64,000 nt of DNA from assembly GCF_001194135.2 (NCBI RefSeq), contig NC_068982.1:137137714-137201713 (forward strand). Reading direction: 5' to 3'. The position numbers were made by a program, and so were the translations under genes. The DNA comes from Octopus bimaculoides. Lineage: Eukaryota. Every line of letters starts with the position of its first letter. The stretch's first letter is position 1. The notes beneath the pieces are model-generated. The model was not told the origin of the DNA, ran no database searches, and saw only the letters and a list, made by a program, of their open reading frames with translations. Positions 1-12,434 of the stretch are shown piece after piece.

Positions 1-58
<58 letters not shown>

Positions 59-384
59 CACTTTCAGTAGGAGCTCCCATTTACTTTACTGCTTAAAACT
101 GTACTTTATTATGGTACCTAATTGAGCTATACAATGAGTGAGTGAAAGAAATAATTATGGAGCCAGGCCACCATTCATTAAATATGCTGCTTATCCTTTA
201 TTTCAATTTGTAATTTGCATATTTATGAACTTATGTATACATACATACAAATATATTCATAAAGTTATATGTATGGGTGTATGTAAGTATGTATGCATGT
301 ACATAAATATGCGTGTATGTATGTATGTATGTATGTATGGATGGATGGATGGATGGATGGATGGATGAATGAATGTAAGTAAGT

Positions 385-834
385 ATGTTATATGGAGAAC
401 TTGTGATATGGAGAACTTGTGATATGGAGAACTTGTGATATGGAGAACTTGAGTCCTCGGCAGAAACCAAGGCTGCAATTTAAGGACTGTGTCAAGCCCT
501 CATTAAAGGCCTGTGATATGCAGGAGACTGACTGGGAGAGCAATGCCTGTCATCACTACAGATGGAGGAAGCAGGTTAAGGAGCGGGTGGGGGGGATCGA
601 CACTTTTGAGAGAGCACGTATTCTGCATGAAGAACTTAAGCGTGCTGCTCAAAAGCACACTGCTGGTGTAGTGAATGGGGAAAGATTGGTTTGTAATGTT
701 TGCAGTCATGTATGCTTGTCAAGAACAGCGCTCGTTAGCTACCAATGGAACCACAAATGCAAAATATAAGTTAGTCCTTGAGCACACAGTGTTCTTGAAG
801 GTCAGCAATGGTCTTCCTCGGTCACGAGTGGACA
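385..834 (+). mobile_element. 5'-truncated RTE (BovB-like) LINE: ORF C-terminus, 3' UTR, followed by (CAT)n tail to about 962
   Basis: Translation MLYGEL...KPRLQFKDCVKPSLKACDM...WESNACHHYRWRKQV...FERAR...CNVCSHVCLSRTALVSYQWNH matches the RTE ORF C-terminal pattern (YGEL, RFKD, WE..A, WR, terminal C2H2-like finger). Stop at 769, then a CAT-repeat tail. Confidence 0.8.
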
Positions 835-836
835 AC

Positions 837-868
<32 letters not shown>

Positions 869-1011
869 CCACCACCACCACCGCCGCCGCCGCTGCCGCC
901 GCCGCCATCATCATCATCATCATCACTACCATCATCATCATCATCATCATCATTATCATCATGTACGTACATAAGTATATATGTCTGCATGTGTGCATGT
1001 ATGCACGTCGT

Positions 1012-1265
1012 CATCGTCGTCGTTTAACGTCCGCTTTCCATGCTAGCATGGGTTGGACGATTTGACTGAGGACTGGTGAAACCAGATGGCTACATCAGGC
1101 TCCAATCTGATTTGGCAGTGTTTCTACAGCTGGATGCCCTTCCTAACGCCAAGTGGGTGCTTTTACGTGTCACCTGCACGAAGGCCAGTCAGGCGGTACT
1201 GGCAACGGCCACGCTCATCTCGCTCGAGAAACCTCATGTGTCACTCGCACAAGAGCCAGTCCAGG
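1012..1265 (-). mobile_element. RTE LINE 3' UTR fragment (GAT-tailed family, 'family A')
   Basis: Reverse complement carries GGAAGGGCATCCAGCTGTAGAAAC...GTCCAACCCATGCTAGCATGGAAAGCGGACGTTAAACGACGATG, which recurs more than 20 times in the window. Cut by an N-gap at 1266. Confidence 0.8.
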
Positions 1266-1417
1266 NNNNNNNNNNNNNNNNNNNNNNNNNNNNNNNNNNN
1301 NNNNNNNNNNNNNNNNNNNNNNNNNNNNNNNNNNNNNNNNNNNNNNNNNNNNNNNNNNNNNNNNNNNNNNNNNNNNNNNNNNNNNNNNNNNNNNNNNNNN
1401 NNNNNNAGCACGTGTAT

Positions 1418-1449
<32 letters not shown>

Positions 1450-1454
1450 GCTTG

Positions 1455-1527
<73 letters not shown>

Positions 1528-2785
1528 ATATAGCTCTCAGTAATTTAAAATCAAATGAAAATCAAGCAACAATTTATTGTGTTCATGTGTTTTTGATGTG
1601 ACATTAAAATCAATAACTAAATATAACCATTGAGATTAAGAGGAACTTTTGAAGGATCTAGAATCTAGATTTATCATCTAATAGTCAACGATACGAAATG
1701 CAAAACTATACGCAGAGTTAACTCTGAAGTTAAATATTATACTCTTCAACTTTTCATATGACAATATGACAATAACCGAAATTGTTTCATTGTTATTGTA
1801 AGAACCAGTTATTAATTGTGATGAAAAAAAAAAAAAAGGATTATTAAGCTAAAATGGGAAATGTCCATAAATATGTTATAGTCAATGGCCATATCATTTT
1901 TGCAGTATAATGATGCCATATTACTAAGGGTTTCTATGAGAGCACATATCTACATGTATTTTGTGTGTTCTTTTTTAGTTTTGTTGTTATTTTAATTTTT
2001 TTTTTTTTCCTGTATGAATGATTCTTCTATTTCTCATCCCCTGGGACTTAATCCTTGGATGTTTATGGGTAAGTTCTGTGTCAGATAGATTTACAATATA
2101 TGCAGTGAATCTCAGTTGACATAACAATCTCTTCCATGGATGGAATGGGTAGTTTTACTGGACTTGGTTGTAGCGATGATGATGATAGTGGTGGTGGTGA
2201 TGGTGGTGGTGGTGGCGGCGGCGGCGGCGGCGGCGGTGGTGGTGGTGATGGTGGTGGTGGTGATGGTGGTGATGGTGGCAGTGGTGGTGGTGGTGATTTA
2301 ACTGCAAGCCAAACCTGATTGAGTAGACTTATGATCAAAAGCATACCAGCCACCATGACCATCCAGTCTTGTTATAAGCATCTAGGACTACATCATACAA
2401 TGTCTCCTTCCTTGATTAAGACAATGGTGAGGGTGACAGCTGATTTTAGAGAGAGAGAGAGAGATTCGGCTGGCATTTCTAGCAGGTCAGACGTCTGTCC
2501 ACACAGAGGCTAACTCAACTGATATAAAGAAGTAAATCTGATAATAACTGCTTTACAAGACAAGGTCATCCTCCTCATCATCATCATCATCATCATCCTT
2601 AAATGTCCGTTTTCCCACTACTCCCACCACCACCACCACCACCATCACTCACTGAATCATCAACAATACTGTGAACACTAGCCATATAAAGACTATCAAT
2701 CAATAATAACACTAGCTGCTACCTATGCCTCTGAAACCTAAAATATGCTGTTTAAATGACACACAAATTCAATTTATTTCACCAG

Positions 2786-3004
2786 AGAATACCAACAGGA
2801 AATCATGTATATATATCTCGGCATGATAATATCACGAACGGTGAAGGCCAAAAATTATATAACCTTGTGAGAAATGAAATCAATCATGTACAAAGCATGA
2901 TATCTGAGTTTTCTCAAAGGGGAAGATTAACTGGCTTATCCATAGTGTTATTTAGAGAGATCTTTATTCCTTGTAACAATGTGTTATGTTGTATTATCTC
3001 CTGA
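2786..3004 (+). CDS. Possible terminal coding exon of an upstream + strand gene, ending in a CaaX motif (CIIS*)
   Basis: Acceptor TTTATTTCACCAG, then 72 open codons RIPTGNHVYISRHDNITNGEGQKLYNLVRNEINHVQSMISEFSQRGRLTGLSIVLFREIFIPCNNVLCCIIS-TGA, followed by AT-rich sequence with AATAAA sites. No homolog recognised and no upstream exon found. Confidence 0.35.
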   Translation, partial: RIPTGNHVYISRHDNITNGEGQKLYNLVRNEINHVQSMISEFSQRGRLTGLSIVLFREIFIPCNNVLCCIIS

Positions 3005-3883
3005 AGAGACATCAGTGTGTCTGAATTTAGTACCCAATTGGAAATTATCCCTATAGAAAATCAATATATTAATGGACAGATCAGACATCAAAAATAAAAA
3101 TGGTGGGCTGAGAGACTCCTCACGTTTGTAAAAATCAATAACTGATGTTATTAAAGGCAGTATAAATTTGGCAACAATTCTTGAATCAATATACCTACTA
3201 TAAAATATTTTACTTTCAGAAATAAAAATCAATACACTGAGTTTGGGGGTTCAAATTTGTACACTACAAATAGTAGATCTGAAAACAAAAAAAATCTGTT
3301 TTTATTGTTGTTTTTTTTTTTAAATATATGATATAACTATCTGTATAAATTTAAATAACATTTCAGATGTAGAAAACAGCATTATGTTTGAAATATAACA
3401 GCCAGTTAATGCTATAAATCAATCTATACATACAAAATAGACAAATTATTTGAACTTTTCTACATAGAATGCCATTTATTTAGGGTTTTTTTTTAACAAA
3501 TTTTATTTTACTGATAATTTTGGAATATACTAAATTATTATTGGAAGGCATCAATAATATAAACATGACAATACTTGTTTCCACCTTTCAATAAAAATGA
3601 GACTTTGCACCAAGTAAAACCAAAAAAATCAATATCTATGCACTTCCGTGTGAAGATAATGGTTTTATTTTTCTTTCTCCGGGGTCAAAAGAAATGTATT
3701 AATAATAGTAATATGAGGGGCAGTTCTATCATCAGTAATTCTATAGGATATTAATTTTGTTATGAGCAACAGAATAAGGATCTACCCTTGCTGATTTAAT
3801 GAAGGGTCTGAAATCTGAAGAATATTGCTGAATATAAGAGGCACCTGAAGAAAGCCAGAGAATATAATGACTGAAACATTACA

Positions 3884-4862
3884 GGGCAAGCATTGCTGTA
3901 TGGTTAAGAAACTCACATGGCAACCATATGGATTTAGGTTCTGTTCGAGTTCAAGACACCTTGGGCAAGTATCTTCTATTATAGCCCCAAGCTGACCAAT
4001 GCCTTGTGAGTGAATTTGCAAGACGAAGAAACAGTGAGGAAACTATTTTGCATGTGTGAGTGTGTGTGTGCACGCACATGTATGTGTGCATCTGTGTTTT
4101 TGTATGTGTGAGTATGCACATGTGTGTGTGAGTGTGTGTGTGTGTGCGTGCGTGTGCGCACACATGTATTGTGCTTGTATGTTTGTGTATGTGTGAGCAT
4201 GCACGTGTGTGTGTGAGTGTGCGTGTGCATGCACATGTATGTGTGAATCTGTGATTCTGTATGTGTGAGTATGCACATGTGTGAGTGTGTGTGTGTGTAT
4301 GTGTATGCACACACATGTGTGCGTGTGGGTTTGTGTATGTGTGAGTATGCATGGGTGTGTGTGTGTGTGCACGGACACATACATGTATGTGTGCATGTGG
4401 GTTTGAGTATGTATGAGTATGCACAAGTATGTACATGTGTGTGCACATGTACACACGTATGTGTACATGTGTATTTGTGTACATGTGAGTATGCATGTGT
4501 GTGTGTGTGTGTGTGTGTGCATGTGTGCATGTATGTTTGTGTATATGTGAGTATACACATGTATGTACGTGTGTGTATGTGTGTACATGGGCACGCGCAT
4601 GTATGTGTGCATGTGTGTTTGTGTATGTGTGAGTGTGCATGTGTGTGCATGTGTGTGTAGTGTGTCTGTGTGTGTGCGTGTGTGTGTCTTTGTGTTTATA
4701 TCCACATAACTGAGCAGTTCAGTAAAAGAGACCAATAGAATAAGTACCAAACTTTAAAAAAGAACAAAACCCTGGGGTCAATTTGTTCATCTTAACCCAT
4801 TAAAGCAATGACCATCCATAGCCGCAGTGCAATGACTGAAACAAATAAAAGATGGAAGATAA
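3884..4862 (+). mobile_element. tRNA-derived SINE family B with central TG microsatellite expanded to about 640 bp
   Basis: Head (GGTTAAGAA...GGTTC...CACCTTGGGCAAGTATCTTCT) and tail (AAAAGAGACCAATAGAATAAGTACC...GACTGAAACAAATAAAAGA) flank a degenerate TG array at 4050-4690. Confidence 0.75.
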
Positions 4863-4909
4863 GAACCAAGACAAGGACACCACTTTGAATATGTTGGTTT
4901 ACAATAAAA

Positions 4910-5075
4910 CGGTGAGCTGGCAGAATGGTTAGCATGCCGGGCATCCGTCTTTAAGTTCTGAGTTCAAATTCTGCTGAGGGCGATTTTGTCTTTCATCCTC
5001 CTGGAGTCAATAAAATAAGTACCAGCTGAGTACTGGGGTTGATGTAATCAACTCTCCCCTTCCCCCAAATTTCAG
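4910..5075 (+). mobile_element. tRNA-derived SINE family C
   Basis: GAGCTGGCAGAAT.GTTAGCA...TTCTGAGTTCAAATTC...TTTCATCCT...GTCAATAAAATAAGTACCAG. The same consensus occurs at 6590-6790(-), 11205-11395, 11725-11942, 25550-25740(-), 30415-30845(- x2), 31290-31475(-), 39980-40170(-), 49965-50130 and 52810-53005(-). Confidence 0.75.
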
Positions 5076-5897
5076 AAGCTATAGTAGAAGACACTTGCCC
5101 AAGGTGCCGCACAGTGGGACTGAACCCGGAACCATGTGGCTGGGAAGCAAGCTTCTTACCACACAGCCAGGCCTGCGCCTATAGTAAGACGACAAGATAA
5201 CACTAATTAGTAGGAGAGGTTGGAAAGGCAAAGGAGGAGGATGAAATGCTGTAAGTGAATAGATGTAAGGGAAGTTAAAAGAAGTTAAAAGCAATTAAGA
5301 ACAAGTCAAGAAAAGGTGGAAAGGTTTCTAGAATTTTTTCTTTTTTTCCCCCATTTATTTTATTCAATTACAGAATTTCATCCTCCCCCTTTCCCTCCCT
5401 ACCTTCTCCTACTAACGGTGCTACCTTGTTGCCTTAATATGTTATACCATAATCATGTTGCCTGAGATACACCAGAACATTAAAACCAGTTGCTGCAATG
5501 ATATCGCAAAATAATTTACCCCATTAAGTATCTAGATTAAAACGTTAAAATTCTTACTAAAAAGAATAAAAAGAAAAAGAAAAAGAACGACTTCATTAAA
5601 TGCTGAAGATTCATAGAACGGTAAGGAATGTATGGAATATTAATGGGATGAGTCTTTGATTTAAGGTATTGCTGAGGACCTTTTTTGCAATCAACTGGAT
5701 TTGAGTATTCAGGGTAGGATGGAGAATGTAGTGAGGTGTAAACCAGTTTCCACAGTTGAATGCTTGAACAGCTGTCATGAATGTTACAAATTAGCAAATC
5801 ACTCATCAGTTTTGTGTGTGTGTGTGTGTGTATGTGTGTGAGGATACATATAGTGTGTGTGCAGATACATATAGATACATACACACACACACACACA

Positions 5898-5944
<47 letters not shown>

Positions 5945-6143
5945 NNNNNNNNNNNNNNNNNNNNNNNNNNNNNNNNNNNNNNNNNNNNNNNNNNNNNNNN
6001 NNNNNNNNNNNNNNNNNNNNNNNNNNNNNNNNNNNNNNNNNNNNNNNNNNNNNNNNNNNNNNNNNNNNNNNNNNNNNNNNNNNNNNNNNNNNNNNNNNNN
6101 NNNNNNNNNNNNNNNNNNNNNNNNNNNNNNNNNNNNNNNNNNN

Positions 6144-6183
<40 letters not shown>

Positions 6184-6325
6184 AAGTATGGGGGTTTAGT
6201 TCACAGGTGATCTAAATGATTAGGTACGCAAGGTAAGTGCTGTAACGGATTACTGGGGCTACAAGGTTATGGCCGAGACGGTAGTTATTGAGCCATTGCA
6301 GATTTCTGATGCAGCAGATATATAT

Positions 6326-6475
6326 AATTGTTAAACAGGGCAGCAAACATTACAGCAAGGCAAACATCTCAAGTCATATACAATATGCAGGATTTTGAAT
6401 TTTTTCCTATGATAATACTGTATATGACTTGAGATGTTTGCCTTGCCTTAATGTTTGGTGTCTTGTTTAACAATT
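6326..6475. repeat. 57-bp inverted repeat with 36-nt spacer (hairpin or small MITE)
   Basis: Arms 6326-6382 and 6419-6475 are 52/57 identical as reverse complements. The inner 28 bp (GCAAGGCAAACATCTCAAGTCATATACA) are perfect. Confidence 0.85.
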
Positions 6476-7019
6476 GTGTGTGTGTGTGTGTGTGTGTGTA
6501 TTATGTGTATGCCGTCGTTGTCGTCATTATCACTGCTTAAATATGTACGTATTATGGACATATGTAAAGTAAGTATAAATACATATGCAGAGGCCAGGGA
6601 GGCACAGGGACAGCAGTTTTAGGGGAAGGGATGAGTCAATTGCATCGACCCCAGTATGCAACTGCTACTTATTTTATTGGCCCCAAAAAGATGAAAGGCA
6701 AAGTGGACCTGGGTGGAATTTGAACTCAGAAGGAAATGCCGCTAAGCATTTTGCTCAGCATGCTAACAACCCTGCCAGCTCACCACCTTGACCATATATA
6801 GCATATTGAGATTTGTTAAAGCATCTTCACCAACATGGTTGCAAAATTTTCTTAAGGCGATGCTCCAGTATGGCCGCAGGCAAATAACAGAAACAAGTAA
6901 AAGAATAGGATATGTCTTCCATTTCTTTCTATAATTAAGATTGCTTGCTTCGTGACATGAAGGACTATAGCTTTCAGAGTTGTTGTTTCCCAAACCTGCA
7001 CATTTAATACTACAAATCG

Positions 7020-7632
7020 TAGCTGTGGCCAGTGACACTTGACTGGCTCCCATTCTGGTGACATGTAAAAAGTACCTTCCAAATGTGGCCGATGCCAGTA
7101 CCCCCTGACTGGCTCCAGTAGTGGTGGCACGTAAAAAGCACTATCCAAACATGGTCGATGCCAGTGTCCCCTGACTGACTCCCATGCCGGTGGCACATAA
7201 GAAGCACCAAATAAATGTGGTCGATGCCAGGTCCGCCTGAGTGGCTCCCATTCCGTTGACATGTAAAAAGCACCATCCAAATGTGGTCGATGCCAGGTCC
7301 GCCTGAGTGGCTCCCATTCTGTTGACACGTAAAAAGCACCATCCAAATGTGGTTGATGCCAGGTCTGCCTGACTGACTCCCATGCCAGTGGCACATCAAA
7401 AGCACCATCTGAACATGATTGATGCCAGGCCAGCCTGACTGGCTCCCGTGCTTGTAGCACCCACTACACTCTCGGAGTGGTTGGTGTTAGGAAGGGCATC
7501 CAGCTGTAGAAAACACTGCCAGATCAGATTGGAGCCTGGTGCAGCCACTGGCTCTCCAGACTTCAGTCAAACCGTCCAACCCATGCCAGCATGGAAAACA
7601 GACGTCAAACGACGATGACGATGATGAGGAGG
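7020..7632 (+). mobile_element. RTE 3' UTR (family A) with about 7 tandem ~60-bp subunits
   Basis: Repeating GTGG(C/T)CGATGCCAG...TGACTGGCTCCC...GGTGGCACGTAAAAAGCACCATCC units at 7050-7460, then the standard family A end and GAT tail. Confidence 0.8.
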
Positions 7633-9463
7633 AGGAAATGTGAACATTTACGTCTTCAAAAGCAAAATACGGCTTCAGAAGAAATAATATGGATTTCATG
7701 GTTCTGTGTAAACTTCCAATCAGCTTATAATTTTCAAAATAACTGTGGAATTTCTATGGTACTGCAAGTAGGTCATTAAACACTAGTAAGACATTTACCT
7801 TCTAGAAGGTCTTACTATAATAATTATATTACCTGGCAACCACTACTTAAAAGCAACAGCATAGCAGCTGGGGGTTTTTGCTTTGCAAGTTACTCAGTGA
7901 CCATGATACCATATAAAAAACACCTGTGCTGGTACCATGTGAAAAGCATCTGTGCCGGTGTCACAAAAAAACATTTGTGCCAGTGTCACATAAACTGCAT
8001 CTGTGCTGGCGCCTTATAAGAGGCACCCAGTACAGTCTGTAAAGTGGCTGGCATTAGGAAGGGCACCCAGCCAAAGAAACTAAATCAAAACAGATGGCTG
8101 TAAGTTGGTGCAGCTCTGTAGCTTGCAAGACCTAACCAAACCGTCTAACCCATACCAGCATGGAAGACAGACGTTAAATGATGAGGATGATGATGATGTG
8201 TGCGTGTGCATGCATGCATATCAAAAGAGGAAAGGTAGCACCATGACCCTTTTCAAGGTCAACCTTGAAAATGTGAGAGAAATGCCAGAAGTCTCAGATC
8301 AGCGACTGGGTCTGAATGCTTGTAAGCAAAAGCCTACAAGAACCAAGCGGGAGTGTTGAACCAGACAATTAAATCTTCCACCCAATAAAGGAATGGTCCA
8401 TCCCACTGATAGTCTTCCATGTGGTTTCTGCTTACCAGATTTCACTCACAAGTCTTTGATCATCTCAGAGCTAGAGCAAAAAAAACATTTGCCAAAGGTG
8501 ATGCTGTTCTGTAATGGGATCAAACCTAAAACAACAGCATCATAAACCAATCTTCTTAATCACAGAGCCACGTTTTCTTCACCTATACTTGTGTAAGTTA
8601 AAACAATAATAATTAAATTAAGTTTATTCATTAATCAGTTTGATCAGCTTTGTCATTTCATGTTTATATTCAGCATAAATTTCTTTTATCTCTTCCAGAA
8701 TGTCTGTATTATAATTGACCTACATTTGTTTCCTTGCTAATCTTAAACTATATCCTGCTATTATTTATAGCTGTCTGCCTAGAGTGAGATTGATCTGTTG
8801 AAACAGATATTCAGGTCAATAATATCTATGAAGACGCTCCTGACGATTTTAAATATTCTTTGTAGTTTTAATATTCATAAATCAGCCTTCACTTTTCAAA
8901 TGATGGCGAAAATACCATTCATACAAACGAGAGTTCATCCTGTACATCATGAAGAGAGTTCAGCCAGTACTTAGGCCAAGGAAGGGCTTCTAATATCTGA
9001 CAGGTTCTTCTCTCAGAGAAAAAAAATACAGCACCCATGAACATAAAGGGAACATCCCACTCTTGGTGGATTGAAATAAGACCAAAAAAACAGTCACTTT
9101 GCCTTCCAAAATTTGTCTTAGAGGCCTTGATACCGAGTAACCTAAGCTCAATAACATAAACCCCAGTTGATATTTAAAATTTGAGAAATCTATTTACATT
9201 CTGCAGCACTAAACATCTGGTTGAACATTTAATATGTAGTGTACACTCAGTGAAATTCTCTTCCGCTTTATTCTATATATGTACATACGAACGTAACAGA
9301 TAACAACTAACCTTTGGCTGCTATTTGGACCCCGTTGTGTCCACTACTCTGATTTGTAAAACACTGCATTTTGGCGTGACAGAGTAAGAGGCAAATTGTG
9401 CCAATACCAAGCTAAAGCATGGAGAGCAAAGCAGCTCAGCACAGATTGATCTTGAATTCTGCT

Positions 9464-10129
9464 GTTTTAACATTCTAGCTCACTTCCTCTGTTTACAGCA
9501 GTGCTTGAGAGGAAGGTGTGTAGTGTATGATCACTGCATTGACCATGACAGAGAAAGCTGAGCTGAAAATCTGCATCAAATTTTGCCAAAAGTTTGGTGA
9601 TACCTGCTCAGAGGCCTACACAAAGTTTTCAAAAAGTTTCATCGTTCTCGACACAATCAAGATCTTGTGCAACTTAAAATCAAATGTCTTTTAGGTCAGC
9701 TGAAAGCAGTTTTGGCACAAACTTGGCAGACACATGTCTCATACCCAAATCTTCAGTGATATTGGACTGAACTGAATCGTAACTAATCTACACATCCTCT
9801 GATAACTCACGGATGGTGGTTCGATGATTTTCTCTCACAGCTGCATGCACATCTGCGATGTCTTTCTCAGCTCTGCTGGTTGCGGGTCTCCTAGAACGTT
9901 CATCAATATGAACATTTTTTCAACTATCTTGGAAACATCTGAACCACTCGTACACTTGTGTGTGGCTCATACACTCTGCTCCATACACTTTCTGCAACTT
10001 TTAAGTAGGTTTTTGAGCAGGTATCACCATGACAACTTTCTCTGTCGTGGTCAATGTGACATTCACATGCTACACACCTTGCTTCCAAGCACTGCTGTAA
10101 ATAATGGAAGTGAGCTAGAATGTTAAAAC
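9464..10129. mobile_element. Mariner-derived inverted dimer: two transposase 5' ends facing each other
   Basis: + strand MTEKAELKICIKFCQKFGDTCSEAYTKF (9546-9630). - strand KLQKVYGAECMSHTQVYEWFRCF..ERSRRP..VRENHRTTIRELSED..ITEDLGMRHVSAKFVPKLLS (9700-10000). The flanks (TTTTAACATTCTAGCTCACTTCC...) are reverse complements. Confidence 0.8.
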
Positions 10130-10520
10130 TTAGTGCTAGACATAAAGACCATCATTTGTGCTGATTTTATCAGTCATTTTTTCATTAGGCCTCATTGAGG
10201 CAAAATAGCCGAGTTCCTTTTGAGTGTTGGGCCTCATGGTGGCAAAGTGGCATTATGTCATGCTTGAGAAGAAGACTCATCAAGCGGAGTAAAATCGCAG
10301 TCATAGCAGATACCGGTGTCACACAAATGGCACCCATGCTGGTGGAACATAAAAACACCCATTACACTCTCAGAGTGGTTGGCATTATGAAGGGCATCCA
10401 ACTGTAGAAAACCATGCCAAATCAGACTGGAGCCTGGCACAGCCTTCAGGCATGCCAGCCCAGTCAAACCATCCAACCCATGCCAGCATGGACAACAGAC
10501 GTTAAATGATGATGATGATA

Positions 10521-10555
<35 letters not shown>

Positions 10556-11179
10556 AATGATGATAACAAGGCCAGAAGGAACAACAGCCAAAACACTGTG
10601 GCTATCACAACCAAAATCAGAACACTAGTCTGATCCTAACAGTGTTTAATGATGATCTCAGAAATCCTCATCTCAGAAATTCAATTGAGATATTTATGAT
10701 ATTCCTATGTGATATGCATATATTTGAGACAGAAGGTCCTTTGATAAGATCTGAACTCAGATCAAAGATACTATGATGTTGGTTACACGACAGAGAGCCA
10801 GCCATTCCATTCATTTGAATATATTTTATCATCATTGTCATCAACATTTAACATCTGTTTTCCGTGCTGGCATGGGTTGGAGGGCTTGACAGGATCTGGT
10901 AAGCTAGTAGGCTGCACTGAGCTCCAATGTAGAGCTTTGGCCTTGTTTCTATGGCTGGACACCCTTGTACTGGGTGCATTTGTCTGGTCAGTGGCATTAA
11001 AGATGTTGCCAAGCAACTTGCAAGACAGAAAGAGAACAAAAAAGGGAAAAAGCAGCTTCCACCTCAACTAACATGGAGGATATATGAGAGGAAGAAGAGT
11101 TGGCTTCATCTCAAATGCTGGAGTGGTGGTTAAATATGAGAGAGAGAAGCATTGTGTCTGCCTCATGAAAAGACATGGC

Positions 11180-12040
11180 TACTCCTCATTATTACAAAGG
11201 AGAGTAAGGCAGTGAGCTGGCAGAATCGTTAGCACACCAGATGAAATGCTTAGCAGTATATTGTCTGGCTTTATGTTCTGAGTTCAAATTCCACTGAAGT
11301 TGACTTTGCTTTTCATCCTTTTGGGGTCGATAAATTGAGTACCAGTGAAACACTGGGGGTTGATGTAATTGATTAGTCCCCTCTCCCCAAATTTCTCCCC
11401 AGGTACTGCTGGGATGCAAGAGCAAACCTATAAGGAATAAAAGAGGATACAGATAATTAGGAAGAGCATCTAACCATAGAAACCACGCCAAAGCAGACAC
11501 TGGAGTACAATACAGTCCTTAACTCTTTGGATCCTTGTCCAACTGTCCAACCCATGCCAGCATGGAACATGGTCATTAAATGATGATGATGGTGATGTAT
11601 GCATGTGTATGCATCTGTGTTTGTCTCCTGCCACCACTTGACAATCGGTGCTGGTTTGTTTATGTCTTTGTAACTTAGCAATGACTGACTATAATGGCTA
11701 ATCCTCATTATTACAAGGGAGAGTAAGGCAGCAAGCTGGCAGAATCGTTAGCACACCAGATGAAATGCTCAGCAGTATATTATCCGGCTTTATGTTCTGA
11801 GTTCAAATTCTGCCGAGGTCGACTTTGCCTTTCCTCCTTTCGGGGTCATTAAAATTAAATACCAGTGAAACACTGGGTGTCGATGTCATTGATTAGTCCC
11901 CTCTCCCCAAATTTCAGGCCTTGTGCCTTTAGTAGAAAGGACTATTACAAGGGAGAGTGAAAGTAACGAGGAAAAAGCTAAGATGGTACTGCTGGGGTGC
12001 CAGAGCAAACCCACAAGAAATAAAAGAGGATACAGATAAT
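11180..12040 (+). repeat. Local ~300-bp duplication containing SINE C plus both flanks
   Basis: CCTCATTATTACAA.GGAGAGT + SINE C + GGTACTGCTGGG.TGC.AGAGCAAACC..AAG.AATAAAAGAGGATACAGATAAT occurs at 11180-11458 and 11700-12040. The second SINE copy has a 16-bp TSD TATTACAAGGGAGAGT (11709-11724 / 11943-11958). Confidence 0.75.
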
Positions 12041-12182
12041 ACATTTAATTATATAATGAAATTATCTGTTTATTTCTCATTTTAACTACAGAGTTTTATT
12101 GCAACAGAGTAATTCTTAACTCACTTAGCAGTACCAATGACTGACTAATCATAAATTAATAGAATGTCTACTATCAATTACA

Positions 12183-12434
12183 TTAACCCTTTCATGCCGA
12201 TTGTCTGTTTAAGATGACTCTTCATTTATATTTTATAAAACAAATACTTGATACAAATTGTGATTTGTGTATGATCTGTATTAAAGAATTAAACATGTTC
12301 TTAACGTGTATGCAGTCTGTATCAAACGGATTTCAATGAAATTTTTTACAGTTGTTATTTAGGTCAAAATAATAGTATCTGTGAAATTTCAGGCAATTTC
12401 ATTTACTAGAAAAATTTCAGCATGAATGGGATAA
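12183..12434. mobile_element. piggyBac-like MITE
   Basis: Ends TTAACCCTTTCATGC and GCATGAATGGGATAA are near-perfect inverted repeats with a TTAA-type junction. Confidence 0.6.

Noticed and set aside
3951-4750. Long 220-235 aa ORFs (HTHT/CVCV), and similar ORFs across N-gaps and triplet arrays
   Set aside because: Translations of dinucleotide or trinucleotide repeats or Ns, open in several frames on both strands.
7050-7460. CRISPR-like regular repeats with hairpins
   Set aside because: The whole 60-bp unit repeats with no unique spacers, there are no cas genes, and the context is a eukaryotic LINE 3' UTR.
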